This document shows positions 39,023 to 50,939 of a stretch of 64,000 bases of DNA, one piece after another. A program made the position numbers and the translations under genes. Positions within the stretch are counted from its first letter, which is position 1. Each line of letters starts with the position of its first letter. The stretch comes from Okamejei kenojei. Taxonomy: Eukaryota. The DNA lies in the NCBI GenBank assembly GCA_035221665.1, contig CM069155.1:34906001-34970000 (forward strand). The letters are read 5' to 3'. The notes under the pieces are model-generated. The model was not told the DNA's origin. It worked only from the letters and a program-made list of their open reading frames with translations, and did no database searches.

Positions 39023-40269
39023 CTGAATAATGCACAAGCCTGGGCAGCATACGGTGGTTTGGGTATTTTTTTTTAACCCAGCTCTAACTGATGTGTAAGG
39101 TTTTTCACCCTGCAGCTCAAATGATGTATAAATACTTGGGATTAACAGTAAGTTGTTCTGAATCCCAGGATATCAAACTGGACACAAGGTACAAAAAAGG
39201 CAAGGTAAGAGTAAATTAATAATTTTAATACATTTTTAAAAACAATTAATTCATTAGAGCACACAAGTAATTGTTTTCACATGTGAACAATCATAACATT
39301 GATAGACTGGGGGGGGTAAAATCTTTTGAAGAATGGGGTGGAATGTGTTTGGATGTTACCAGATTTCCCCTTATTGCCACAAGTGCTGGTACAATTTGTG
39401 AATGTGGTCGCAGAGAAGCAGGATTTAGACTCTGCTTTGTTCATGGGGAGGTTGCTTTAGATGATGCTCTCAGAATAGAAGGGTTGTAATGTGAAAGGAT
39501 TTACTGGGGAGAAAAAAACGGGGTGAGATCAGGTTGACCTGGTGGGAGACAATAAATGTTCTCGCATTCCTCTTCGCTCGTGCATTGCATACCAATTCTA
39601 CTTGGGTTTAAGGTGAAGGGGAAAGGATTTAATAGGAATCTGAGGGGAAACTTTTTCCACACAAAGGGTGGTGGGGATATGGAACAAGCCAGCAGAGAAG
39701 GTAGTTAAGGCAGGGACTATCCCAACGGTTAAGAAACAGGTAGGTACATGGATAGGACCGGCTTGGAGGAATACGCAGGCAGGTGGGACTAAGTGTAGCT
39801 GGGACATGTTGGTCGGTGTGGCCAAGTTGGGCCGAAGGGCCTGTTTCCACGTTGTGTCACTCAATGACAACATCTAAGTGTGGACCTTGACAGGGATTTT
39901 GTAGAATTCCTCCTCTTACTCTCCAGCGACATTATTGGGGAATGTTTCTCAAAGGCGTTGCCAACACAGCAGCGAGAGCAAAGGCGGCTAAACTACAACA
40001 GTATCCAGTGTTAGTGAGACAAACTTCTGCTAGGTTAGTCCCTTAAACTTCTGACTTCAGTTTGCATACAGCCAAATTGGGACGTTTTTGTAATGAGACA
40101 CAGGTTTTTGGAAGGAGAGAGTGCCTGTTTGTCACATGTTGCTTAATGCTCAACAAAACATAAATGAAAAGGTTTTTTTAAGATATTGAAATTGTAAAAA
40201 GTCTTGTAAACAATTAAGACTCAGCCATGTCACTGCTGAAGAGCAAAATATAGGTAAGATTCACCGTAA

Positions 40270-40275
40270 TTTATT
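40270..40275 (-). terminator. Candidate ERP29 poly(A) signal
   Basis: TTTATT on + (AATAAA on -), about 410 nt past the ERP29 stop. Confidence 0.4.
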
Positions 40276-40686
40276 TTATGCTTGAGTTTTTAAAAAAAAT
40301 TACATTTGGATTCAATTGGTACAGCTCCCAGAGTTGTGCCATTTGCCATTCCCTTTTTGGTGTAGTTAGTCGCTGGGTTAGTTTGGGATGCGAGGGAAAT
40401 GGATCATGGCACAACTGGCTTCCACGCTCCAACACCGAGAGCTGGGAGTGAGGTTGGGCAGCGCAAGGGGTGGTTATTATCTATCTCACCGGCTCCTGTT
40501 GTATATCCAGTGGGCAATGCTAGGTGGCAGCTGAAAATGAGCTGTTAAGATAGTAACGATCAGGAAAGGGAGATGTGCATAAGGCAGATGCTCTCTTTCC
40601 TGATAACCTTAGCAGTAACATGGCTTACGGTAGGAAGCTTTTTCCCCGGTTAAAATGGATTCCCCATCCTCCACCACCCACCCCCC

Positions 40687-41189
40687 TCACAAATCCTCTC
40701 TTGGTGAGTTTGGTATCTGGAACGAGCTCAGGATATTCTGCCGCTTCTGGAACTCCATCTTCTTCGCCGAACTCATCTTGCTCTCTTCCAGCAGTTTGCC
40801 GATCCGCGCGATCTCCGAGCTAACAAACGGGTCGCCTTGCGCCAGCATCTTGCTCATGATTTTGTGGTACTGCTCCGCCAGTTTCTGATCTGACTCCGGC
40901 AGCTTTTCCATCCTGTTCTTCGCCTTCCCCATGATCTTCTGCCGTTCTTCCACGCTTCTCGTGCTGCTAAAATCCTGGGCGAGGAAATCGAACGCCTCCA
41001 GGCAGCCGAGCATCCCGACCCACACACCTTTGGTCTTCAACCACTGCTGAATGGCTTCCTGTGTAACCTCTCCAGTAAACCGGGCCGGATTCTCCAAATC
41101 CCCATCAATGAACAGCAGGTAGACCGGAAAGTCGTCCTTTTCCACTTTATATTTCTCCCCAAGTTCTGAATTTTCCTTATCACCATAAT
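40687..41189 (-). CDS. ERP29: ERp29 exon 3 (end of thioredoxin-like domain plus helical D domain; ER retrieval signal REDL)
   Basis: Minus strand cacag|AT TAT GGT. DYGDKENSELGEKYKVEKDDFPVYLLF...GMLGCLEAFD...RQNILSSFQIPNSPREDL-TGA. Confidence 0.96.
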
Positions 41190-41437
41190 CTGTGTCAAGA
41201 CAAACATTATAAAGTAACTATAAATCTTGCACCTTCTATAATTAAATCAAAATCTCACAGCTTGGCCCTAGCCACATAATGTGTTCTACCTTCTCTCCCC
41301 CCCCCCCCCCCACTTGCACCATGTTCTCACCCTCCCCCATGTGAATATAACGTTTCACACACAACCTAGGCATTGAACAATCTCTAACTTTTTGTGACCA
41401 AAAGTTACCGATTGACTTCAAGAAATTTTCGTGCTAC

Positions 41438-41696
41438 TTTAGTTTAGAGATACAGCGCGAACCAGAAATCCCGTACACTAGTAGTATTATACACACTGGG
41501 GACGATTTACAATTTTTACCGAAGTCAATTAAACTACAAACCTGTACGTCTTCGGAGTGTGGGAGGACACCGGAGTACCGGGGAAAACCCACGCGGTCAC
41601 GGGGAGAACATACAAACAGCGCCTGCTGTCAGGATCGAACCCGGGGCTCTGGCGCTGTAAGGCAGCAGCTCTACCGCTGCGCCACCGTGCCGTCCC
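41438..41696 (-). mobile_element. V-SINE (further partial copies at about 44226-44445 -, 62929-63127 -, 57355-58655 + split)
   Basis: Reverse complement of the same consensus. Confidence 0.8.
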
Positions 41697-41934
41697 TACT
41701 TGTGGGTGAATAAATGATTATGTAAATTTGAGTCTTTAATTTTTTTAAATTTCCTTTTCTACTTTCAATTCCAAGGTAACGGTGTCATTGGCCATGCTTG
41801 TGGAGATTTGCCCAGAATTTATGTTCAGGACCTCTGCTGACTGACGCAGCTTTACTTGCTGAGTGTTCTGAAGAAAATTTAGTATGACTAAGTAAAAGTA
41901 CTGGAAATATCAATGGAACTACAGAAAATAAGCT

Positions 41935-42405
41935 GGAAAGGGTGCAGAAAAGATTTATGAGCATGTTGCCTAGACACGTGGAGCGGAGCTGTAAGGAGAG
42001 GTTAAGTAGGCTAGGACTTTATTCCTTGGAGATGAGGGGTGATCTTATAGAGGTGTGTAAGATCATGAGAGGAATAGATAAGGTAAATGGCCAGTCATTT
42101 ACCTGGAGTACAGGTATCAAGAACCAGAGGGTGCAGGTTTAAGGTGAGGGGGGGAAAGATTTAATATGAACCTTTGGGGCAGCTTTTTTACACATAGGGT
42201 GGCGGGTGTGTGGAATGTGCTGCCGGAGGAGGTAGTTGAGGCAGGTACTATCACAATGTTTAAGAAACATTTAGACAAGTACATGGATGGGATCCATCGG
42301 AGAGATATGGGTGGCAGGCAGGTGGAACTATTCTAGATGGTCCATCTTGGTCGGCATAGGCAAGTTGGGCCGAAGGGTCTTTCTCCACACTGTACGTCTC
42401 TATGA
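41935..42405 (+). mobile_element. CR1 LINE 3' fragment
   Basis: QKRF..MLP...ERLSRLGLYSLE..RGDLIEV.KIMRGID. Confidence 0.8.
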
Positions 42406-42883
42406 GGAAATGAACAACTCTACTCCAAGTGACAACTGAGGGTTTAAAGAAAAAACAAATGGCCACAAAGACATTTTGTCTACTGGTTTTCTTTTACAGA
42501 TATTCCAGAATTGGAAAGGGAGCAGGGATAGTCCCACTGTTCAAGAAAGAAAGGAAGTCAAACAAAAGTAGGTCAAAACTAAATCAGTAGTAAATTAAAT
42601 AAATCAATTTAGGGAAGGATATTTAAGGAGAGCATTATAAAAGAGACATGATTACAGAATGCTTCTATTTTTTTTCACTTTGTAACTGATGTAAAGGTGG
42701 AAGAGCTAGGGAGAACAATGCAATTGGATTTAGACTCTTATGGATTTGGTTTCGTTAACAGACAATGTCAAAATAAACATTGCATTTTCAAGTTAGTAAG
42801 CAAATTGTGGTTTTGTTGTGGTTTTGTATTTATTACAAAGGATCGGAGTGTATGATTTAAAGTAAATCTCACTGCTGCTACAA

Positions 42884-43695
42884 ACACTGCCTCCATTATT
42901 TATTTGCCTCAAATCCACAATTTGAGATTTGTAATAGGAAAAAAATCACATATGGTTAAAGTACACATTGTCAGATTTTAATAAAGGTCATTTTTAGATA
43001 TTGTGGTTTCTTCATGTAGAAATTACAGCAGGGTTTATGGTGCCCCCCACTTCAGGGCACCATAATGTTTGGGACACAGCAATGTCATGTAAATTAAAGT
43101 AGTCGTGTTTAGTATTTCCTTTGCATGCAATGACTGCTTGAAGTCTGCAATTCATGGACATCCCCAGTTGCTGGGTGTCTTCTCTGGTGATGTTCTGCCA
43201 GGCCTGTATTGCAGCCATCTTTAGCTTATGCTTGTTTTGGGGGCTAATCCCCTTCAGTTTTCTCTTCAGCACATAAACGGCATGCTCAATTGGGTTCAGA
43301 TCGGGTGATTGACTTGGCAGCATAAGAATTGACCATTTTTTAGCTTTGAAAAAATTATTTGTCGCTTTAGCAGTATGTTTGGGATCATTGTCTTGTTGTA
43401 GAAGGAACCACCGGCCAATGTGTTTTGAGGCATTTGTTTGAACTTGAGCAGATAGGATGTGTCTGTACACTTCAGAATTCATTATGCTACTACCATCAGC
43501 AGCTGTATCATGTATAAACACAGCTGTAATTTCTACACGGTGAAACCAAAATGTGTAAAAATATCCTTTAATAAAATCTGACAATGTGCACTTTAACCAC
43601 CTGTGATTTTTTTCTATTACAAATTTCAAATTGTGGAGTAGAGAGGCAAGTAAATAAATGATGGGTCTTTGTCCCAAACATTATGGAGGGCACTG
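42884..43695 (-). mobile_element. Internally deleted Tc1 copy with both TIRs
   Basis: Right end GGAGGGCACTG|TA. The ORF keeps LQQDNDPKH...SQSPDLNPIEH (DD34E region), and the 5' TIR is fused directly to the transposase C-terminal half near 43510. Confidence 0.9.
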
Positions 43696-43889
43696 TACAT
43701 TAAGCATGTTAAGTCTATGCAAGAGCTTCCAAGTACAATGGGCTGCAACCGTGTGCTGCTGATATCCCACGTTGTTGTACAAGGACCAAGCTACGCAAAG
43801 TGGTTGAGTAGAGGACACTGGATGGGTGACAGAGCAGACCATATTTTTACATAATTTGTTTCAACTTGGACAAGCAATACAGTTCCTAC

Positions 43890-44028
43890 CTGATATTCCC
43901 ACTTCAGCCACCAAGAGTTCCTTGCTGGAAGCAGAGTTTTCCACCAATTTCTTAAACTCATCTTGCTTCTCTCCATACGGATACTGCGTGTCAATCTTTA
44001 CCAGGGCATACTTCAGTTTGGGGATTAC
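43890..44028 (-). CDS. ERP29: ERp29 exon 2 (139 nt)
   Basis: Minus strand ctgcag|GTA ... TCAG|gtagga. [46 protein letters not shown]. Confidence 0.96.
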
Positions 44029-44647
44029 CTGCAGAGAACGGCGACACCTCAGGCACCGAGTTTGCATAACTCTATAACATTTGAGGGATTTGATTTTGGA
44101 AAGGACCTCCTTTATAAGCAAACCAATTTGTTCAGTAGCCAAGAGTGTTGTGGTACTTACTCAATTGATCACAGTGAAATATAATGAAGAAATGTTCGAT
44201 TCACTTTCCATGCCTTCAACTTTTTGTTAGTTTAGTTTTGAGATACATCGCGGAATCAGGCCCTTCGGCCCCTCCGGTCCGCGCCGACCAGCGATCCCAG
44301 TACACTAAATCTATCCTACACACTGATGACAATTTTGTCTAAGCCGAATTAACCTGCAAACCTGTACATCTTGGGTGTGTGGGAGGAAACCGGAACACCT
44401 GGGGAAAGTTCACGAGGAGAATGTACAAACTCTGTACAGACAGCATTTTCTGTCTTAAATTCCTCACTCTATTCAATCATCCATAGACTAAGCTTGCATT
44501 AGAGTCGTAACATTTGTGGCATAAGTGTTTTAAGATGATTAACAGATTTGGTGTGGTAATTTGGTGTTTTTACTGGCCAGGGGAGCCTAAAACCAGCAGG
44601 AGATTGGTGCCAAACTATTTGGGGGTTCCTTAAAGCTTTCCTTTAAG

Positions 44648-45260
44648 CAGGGGGCCTCCAAGCTTTTCAGCATGAGGGCCACATATATTTGGCACATTTT
44701 TGCGGGCCGTAGATTTATAATCTCAAACAAGATTCTAGCCTATCACTACATCCCACTGTATAGCTAATACAATAAAACCTATAATAATTAATTTAATAAT
44801 ATGACAAAATATTGCACGGCTGCAATCACTAATTATCATGAAATATAATTATCTAGCAAGTAAAGAAAATGAATCATGTACTTTTGCAGAGTTGCTGGCC
44901 CGGCACCAACTCACTTTGACTCTCCCGTAGCTCTGGGCCTTCACACACACACGCACGCACTCGCACGTTCCAGGCTCAGCACCAGGCCCACAACCTCCAC
45001 TGGTCTGACTTTGCTGGGTCCTGGTGCTCCGCCCTCCCACACGAAACCTCAGTAGTGAAGCATCTTCCCCTTCCCCCTCTTTTAATCAGGTTACCCCAAC
45101 GGGGTAAATTCCCGTATATTTTTTTTTTTTTTTTGCAGAGCTCCGACAGCACTGCACCCCATCACAGAATCCGCCATACGGAACGTGTTAAGAGTGTGCT
45201 ACGGTTAAAATCTTGTGGCGGGCCTAATGTTGCCCGCGAGCCATAGGTTGGCGATCCCTG
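44648..45260. mobile_element. Non-autonomous hAT (Charlie-like) element
   Basis: Termini CAGGGGGCCTCCAAGCT ... AGGTTGGCGATCCCTG; 8-bp flanks CCTTTAAG and CCTTAAAG (1 mismatch). Confidence 0.7.
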
Positions 45261-46207
45261 CCTTAAAGCAAAGGCTGGTATGTTTAGGGATGTGGAATGA
45301 AGGTGTGTGAATGGATTTAAGACGGGACAATCTAAGTGTTCGCTGGAACCATTGTGAAGGGCTGAATTACCTTCTCATGATCCTGTATTTCTGATATCTG
45401 AACTGAATGGTTTGACTTTGTGTGAAGTCAGTATCAATTTGACTAAGGACAGGTATCATATTTGATGTCTCAGTGTATATTCTTCCAATAAGGACAATGG
45501 TCAGAAGATAGACACAAAAAGATAGAGTAACTCAGCGGGTTTGACAGCATCTCTGGAGGAAAATGATAGGTGACGTTTGGAATCGAGACCCTTCTTCCCA
45601 GTCCATCATCGGCTCTGACCTTTCTTCCATCGAGGGGATTTATCGCAGTCACTGCCTCAAAAAGGCTGGCAGTATCATCAAGGACCACACCATCCTGGCC
45701 ACACACTCATCTCCCTGCTACCTTCAGGTAGAAGGTACAGGAGTCCGAAGACTGCAGCAACCAGATTCAGAAATAGCTACTTCCCCACAGCCATCGGGCT
45801 ATTCAACCTGGCTCGGACAAAACTCTGAACATTAATAGGCCATTCAGCCCTGAGCCTGCAAATTCAATATGACCCATCCAACTATCCCGTGTTATTACCC
45901 TGCACCACAAGGGCCACATCCAACTCACTCTTATCAGTTTATTTAAAAAAGTCTTTCTCATCTCGTCTTAAAGGATTTCCCCCTATCCTTAAGCTGTGAT
46001 ATTCCCAACATCGGGAACAATTATCTATTATTAAGAATTTTGTAAGTTTTCTATGGACACACTGATTTGCACTGTTCTGTAGTAAATGCCTACTATGCTC
46101 TGTGTGCTGAAGCAAAGCAAGAATTTCATTGTCCTATCAGAGACACATGACAATAAACTCACTTGAACTTCAGACTGAAGAAAGGTCTCGACCCGAAATG
46201 TTACCTA

Positions 46208-47669
46208 CAGTGCCCTCCTTAATGTTTGGGACAAAGACCCATCATTTATTTATTTGCCTCTGTACTCCACAATTTGAGGTTTGTAATAGAAAACATCACA
46301 TGTGGTTAAAGTACACATTGTCAGGTTTTATTAAAGGCCATTTTTATACATTTTGGTTTCACCATGTAGAAATTACAGCAGTGTTTGTACATAGGCCACC
46401 CATTTCAGGGCACCAATAATGTTTGGGACACATGGCTTCACAGGTGTTTGTAATTGCTCAGGTGTGTTTAATTGCCTCCTTAATGCAGGTATAAGAGAGC
46501 TCTCAGTTTTTCCTCCAGTCTTTTCATCACCTTTGGACACTTTTATTGCTGTTTATCAACGACGAACAAAGTTGTGCCAATGAAAGTCAAAGAAGCCGTT
46601 ATGAGACTGAGAACCAAGAATAAAACTGTTAGAGACATCAGCCAAACCTTAGGCTTACCAAAATTAAATGTTTGGAACATCATTAAGAAGAAAGAGAGCA
46701 CTGGTTAGCTTACTAACTGCAAAGGGACTGGCAGGCCCAGGAAGACCTCCACAGCTGATGACAGAAGAATTCTCTCTATAATAAAGAAGACTTCATGAAC
46801 AGAAATACAGAGCTACACTGCAAGGTGCAAACCACTGGTTAGCCGCATAAATGGGATGGCCAGGTTACAGCAAGTACTTAAAAAAAAGCAACCACAGTTT
46901 TGGAAAAAGTTCTTGTGGACAGATAACTTATATCAGAGTGATGGCAAGAGCAAAGTATGAAGGAGAGAAGGAACTGCCCAATATCCAAAGCATACTACCT
47001 CATCTGTGAAACACAGTGGTGTGGATGTTAAGGCCTGGGCATGTATGGCTGTTGAAGGTACTGGCTCATTTCTCTTCATTGATGATACAACTGCTGATGG
47101 TAGTAGCATAATGAATTCTGAAGTGTTTAGACACATCCTATCAGCTCAAGTTCAAACAAATGCCTCAAAACACAATTATCCCAAACATACTGCTAAAGCA
47201 CCAAAGGAGCTTTTCAAAGCTAAAACATGGTCAATTCTTGAGTGGCCAAGTCAATCACCCAATCTGAACCCAATTGAGCATGCCTTTTATATGCTGAAGT
47301 GAAAACTGAAGGGGACTAGCCCCCAAAACAAGCATAAGCTAAAGACAGTTGCAATACAGGCCTGGTAGAGCATCACCAGAGAAGACACCCAGCAACTGGT
47401 GATGTCCATGAATCGCAGACTTCAAGCAGTCATTGCATGCAAAATGACATTGCCGTGTCCCAAACATGATGGTGCCCTGAAATGGGGGACTATGAATGCT
47501 GTAATTTCTCCGTGGTGAAACCAAAATGTCTAATAATGGCCTTCATTATAATCTGACAATGTGCACTTTAACCACATGTGATTTTCTTTCTATTACAAAT
47601 CTCAAATTGTGGATTTGAGGCAAATAAATAAATGGTGGGTCTTTGCCCCAAACATTATGGAGGGCACTA
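46208..47669 (+). mobile_element. Near full-length degenerate Tc1/mariner (IR/DR type) transposon
   Basis: TA|CAGTGCCCTCC ... GGAGGGCACT; about 220-bp TIRs, each with two (CA)TAATGTTTGGGACA direct repeats; frameshifted transposase (KHSGVDVKAWACM...WPSQSPNLNPIEH). Inserted at a TA inside a Penelope-derived repeat. Confidence 0.9.
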
Positions 47670-47779
47670 TTATTTTACTCCAGAGATGCTGTCGGACACA
47701 GGTCAATGGCCAGCCTGTTTTCTGTGTGCAAGAACAATATAGCATTTTACAGTAGTAAATGGAGGAGACAATAATGCTA

Positions 47780-48297
47780 CACAGGATCCATGGGGACTTG
47801 GTAGTTTGGATTCAGAACTGACTTGTCCATCGAAGATGGGTTCGTGGGGTAAAGGTGTTATCCTGGCTGCAGGTCGGTGGCCAGTGAAGTTCCGCAGGGA
47901 TCTGAGCTGGGACCTCTGTTGTTTTTGATATTTATAAATGACTTGGTTGGAAATGTAGATGGGTTGGTTAGTAAATTTGTAGACAGTGCCAAAATTGGTG
48001 GAGTTGCAGACAGTGAAGAAGGCTGTCAAAGAATACAGCAGGATACAGAAATGGGCAGAGAAATGGCAGATGGAGTTTAATTCGAGCAAGTGAGAGGGGT
48101 TGCAGTTTGGGCGATCAAATGCAAAGAGAAAATATACAATTAATGGCATGATCTTTAACAGTATTGATGTACAGATGGATCTTGGGGTCCAAGTCCATTA
48201 ACCCGCTTAAAGTGGCAATATAAGTAGATAGTGGCAAGCAAGGCATAAGGTATGCTTGCCTTCATCGGGCGGGGCACTGAGTACAAGACTAAGGAAG
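47780..48297 (+). mobile_element. CR1 LINE reverse-transcriptase fragment
   Basis: SEVPQGSELGPLLFLIFINDL...SKFVDSAKIGG (degenerate FADD motif). Confidence 0.85.
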
Positions 48298-48507
48298 ATA
48301 GACATAAAAAGCTGGAGTAACTCAGCGGGGCAGGCAGCATCTCTGGAGAGAAGGAATGGGTGACGTTTTGGGTCGAGACCCTTCTTCACATTTCGACCAA
48401 AAACGTTCTGCATTCCTTCTCTCCAGAGATGCTGCCTGTCCCGTTGAGTTACTCCAGCTTTTTGTGTGTATCTTCGGTTTAAACCAGCATCTGCAGTTCC
48501 TTTCTAC
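48298..48507. mobile_element. Palindromic Penelope-derived mini-element inserted in a CR1 LINE
   Basis: Inverted arms; flanks ACAAGA(C/G)TAAGGAAG at 48283-48297 and 48508-48522; the CR1 sequence resumes afterwards. Confidence 0.75.
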
Positions 48508-49459
48508 ACAAGAGTAAGGAAGTCAGGTTGCCTTTCGGAATCCTACAAAAAGCAATGTTTGATGAAAATACTACTTTGGAATAGTTCCAGCTTTTTACAA
48601 ATAAACACTGTTTTACTTGGCTGCAGCGCTGTGCATGAGCGGGTTGGATTCTAACAGTCTTGTGGTTTGTGCTGGGTCATTAATTTAACAAAAGCAGCAG
48701 AGATTAAATAAGAAGACAGAGAAACAGCCGGAGCAGGGAGTGACGAGAAGGTTAATTGTGTACTGTAATGTAGATGGGGGGCAAAATAATTTTAAAAAGG
48801 AGTTGAAAGTAGAAGCGGTACTGATGACGTAGGTCTGCTCTGCATATGTTGTGGACCCGATGGGCTGAATGGCCTTTTATTCTGTTATCAGTAAGGTGGG
48901 GGGGGGGGAGTAGTCAAGCAGGGCAGAGAGCAGGAGACAATCAGGGGTGAGGGTGGGGTGGACAAGGAGGTATCTCAGAGCTAGAGGAATGAGATAGGCA
49001 GGGGAGCGATAGAAGGGGTGGATGGGGCAGATAGAGACTGACCAGGTGGGCATAAAGTGATAAAAGGGGAGAGTGAGAGGGAAAGGGGGTTGGTTGGTCA
49101 GGCCAGATAGAGAGGGGCACGGAGAGGCTGGTCTCAGGGGAGGGAGGAGGGCAGAAGGGCGAGATAAGGGAGTTCGGCAGGGGCGAGAGGAAGAGGAGTA
49201 TAGGAAGGAACTGCAGATGCTGGTTCACACCGAAGATAGACACACAAAGCGGGAATAACTCAGCGGATCAGGCAGCATCTCTGGAGAGAAGGAACAGGTG
49301 CAGATTCGGGTCGAGACCCTTCGGTTCAGACTGAGAGTGGGGGGGGGGGGAAACTAGAGGTATGAAAAGGCACAAAGATCAGATGAATGAAAGGATCAGG
49401 CAGGGTCTGGAGAGAGGAGAGAAAGCAGTGCAGAAACAAGATGGAGCTGGCGAGAGGGA

Positions 49460-50420
49460 GGGACAGAAGCACGCGTGCAGAGGGGATTGGTGCTCGGAGA
49501 TCGCGGCTGTTGGTTGCACGTTTTCTATTGGGTTTTTGACTATTTTTCATCAGGCTGGCTTAAAAAATGCTCAGTGGCGATCCGGCTCCAGAAAATTCTG
49601 CACATCCTGGTTGTGGGGCGACCCTGGACCCTTACATAGATAGATAGATAGATACATGTGTGGACACACTCACTCCCACTCCCACTGACAGCGAGCAGCG
49701 GGAACTGAAACACCTTCACGCCTGCGCCACAATGTAACAAACTGCCCCCACACTGCAGAACCCGGCGCTTCACGGTCCTGTTTTTATTGATTTATTCCAA
49801 AATATTAACACGGGAATAACCTGCAAAAGACTCATTGCCAATCCCGCCGCTCCGCGATTAATACAATTCAAACATTAATTATTCTCTTTAAAATAAATTC
49901 CAAGCTGATTAATGTCCATTCCCTTCCACTCTTTTTTTTCTGCTCGCATCTATGCTATCTCGATTTTTTTTTAAATATATTCAATCATTTGAATTTTACC
50001 CGATGAAATTGTGTTCCAGCTGCATCCAAACATTAAGTAAGAGGCGGTAATGTCAGGCCAGTGAGTACATTTTCATGTTAAAAGCGGTCTTGTAATTACT
50101 ACTGCACTAGATGGCTCCATCGTGCTGTCGGATTTGACACGGGTTTCTGGCGGTTAAGTGAGTTTAAAACGTTGAATGCCAGCGGGGTTCGGGGTCCACT
50201 CACCTTGTAAAATGTGACCGTGTCCAGGGGCACGGAGCCGACCGTGTGCAGGGCTCCGGCGGGGACAGAAAGCTGCAGAAACGCTGCGAGCAGCAGGAGG
50301 AGCAGAGAGGAGCTGCCCGTGTCCGCCATCGTTCACCCCCTTTCGCTCTCGGCACCATGTGATTCTCGCAGCTGGGAGTTTAATGCAAATTGTACCAGCC
50401 CCCCCCCCCCCCCCCCCCCC
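49460..50420. promoter_or_regulatory. CpG-rich region around ERP29 coding exon 1
   Basis: Visibly more CpG than the surrounding CpG-depleted DNA; ATTGG (CCAAT) boxes near 49486 and 49527; octamer ATGCAAAT near 50383. Confidence 0.4.
50204..50329 (-). CDS. ERP29: ERp29 coding exon 1 (signal peptide)
   Basis: ATG at 50329; hydrophobic signal peptide MADTGSSSLLLLLLAAFLQLSVPAGA followed by LHTVGSVPLDTVTFYK|gtgagt. The three exons total 768 nt, i.e. 255 aa plus stop. Confidence 0.95.
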
Positions 50421-50939
50421 CCAACGCTGCCAATTCAAGAATCAAGAGTGTTTTATTGTCAAATGTCCCAGATAGAACAATTACATTCTTACTTGCAACA
50501 GTGCAAGAACCCGTGATGTGTAGATTTTACCAAACCCAAAACCCAAAAGGAGCAGACGAGGGCATTCGATTCAATTTGAGATACCATCTACCAAGACAGA
50601 TGTGTACAGCAATTCATTCTTCCCAGATCAATTAAAGCATGGAATAGTCTTCGCCCTACCATAGTGACTCAACCAGAAGCAACTACATTTAAGATAACTC
50701 TTCTTCTCCAAGAACCCTTTTTTGCTTAAGTCCACCTTCCGCCACCTCCAGTTTAAATGCCATTTGGAATATTTAGGAGGACCAAGAACCAAGTGGGAGA
50801 GGTCAGCAATGCTTAGTACACATGGCCAACGGAAGGTGCAAAGTATGAAGAAAGAGTATTAAATGTATTATTATTATTTCAGTGAATTTTATAATGGGGT
50901 TTGGTTTTTCTAAGTTATCATAAGGTCATAAGGGATAAG

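Noticed and set aside
43012-43677. Intact 221-aa transposase gene
   Set aside because: The frame reads in from TIR sequence across an internal deletion; the DNA-binding domain and first catalytic Asp are missing.
49470-49535. ER-stress element (CCAAT-N9-CCACG) for ERP29
   Set aside because: CGTG and ATTGG are present but the spacing is wrong, and the site lies in intron 1.
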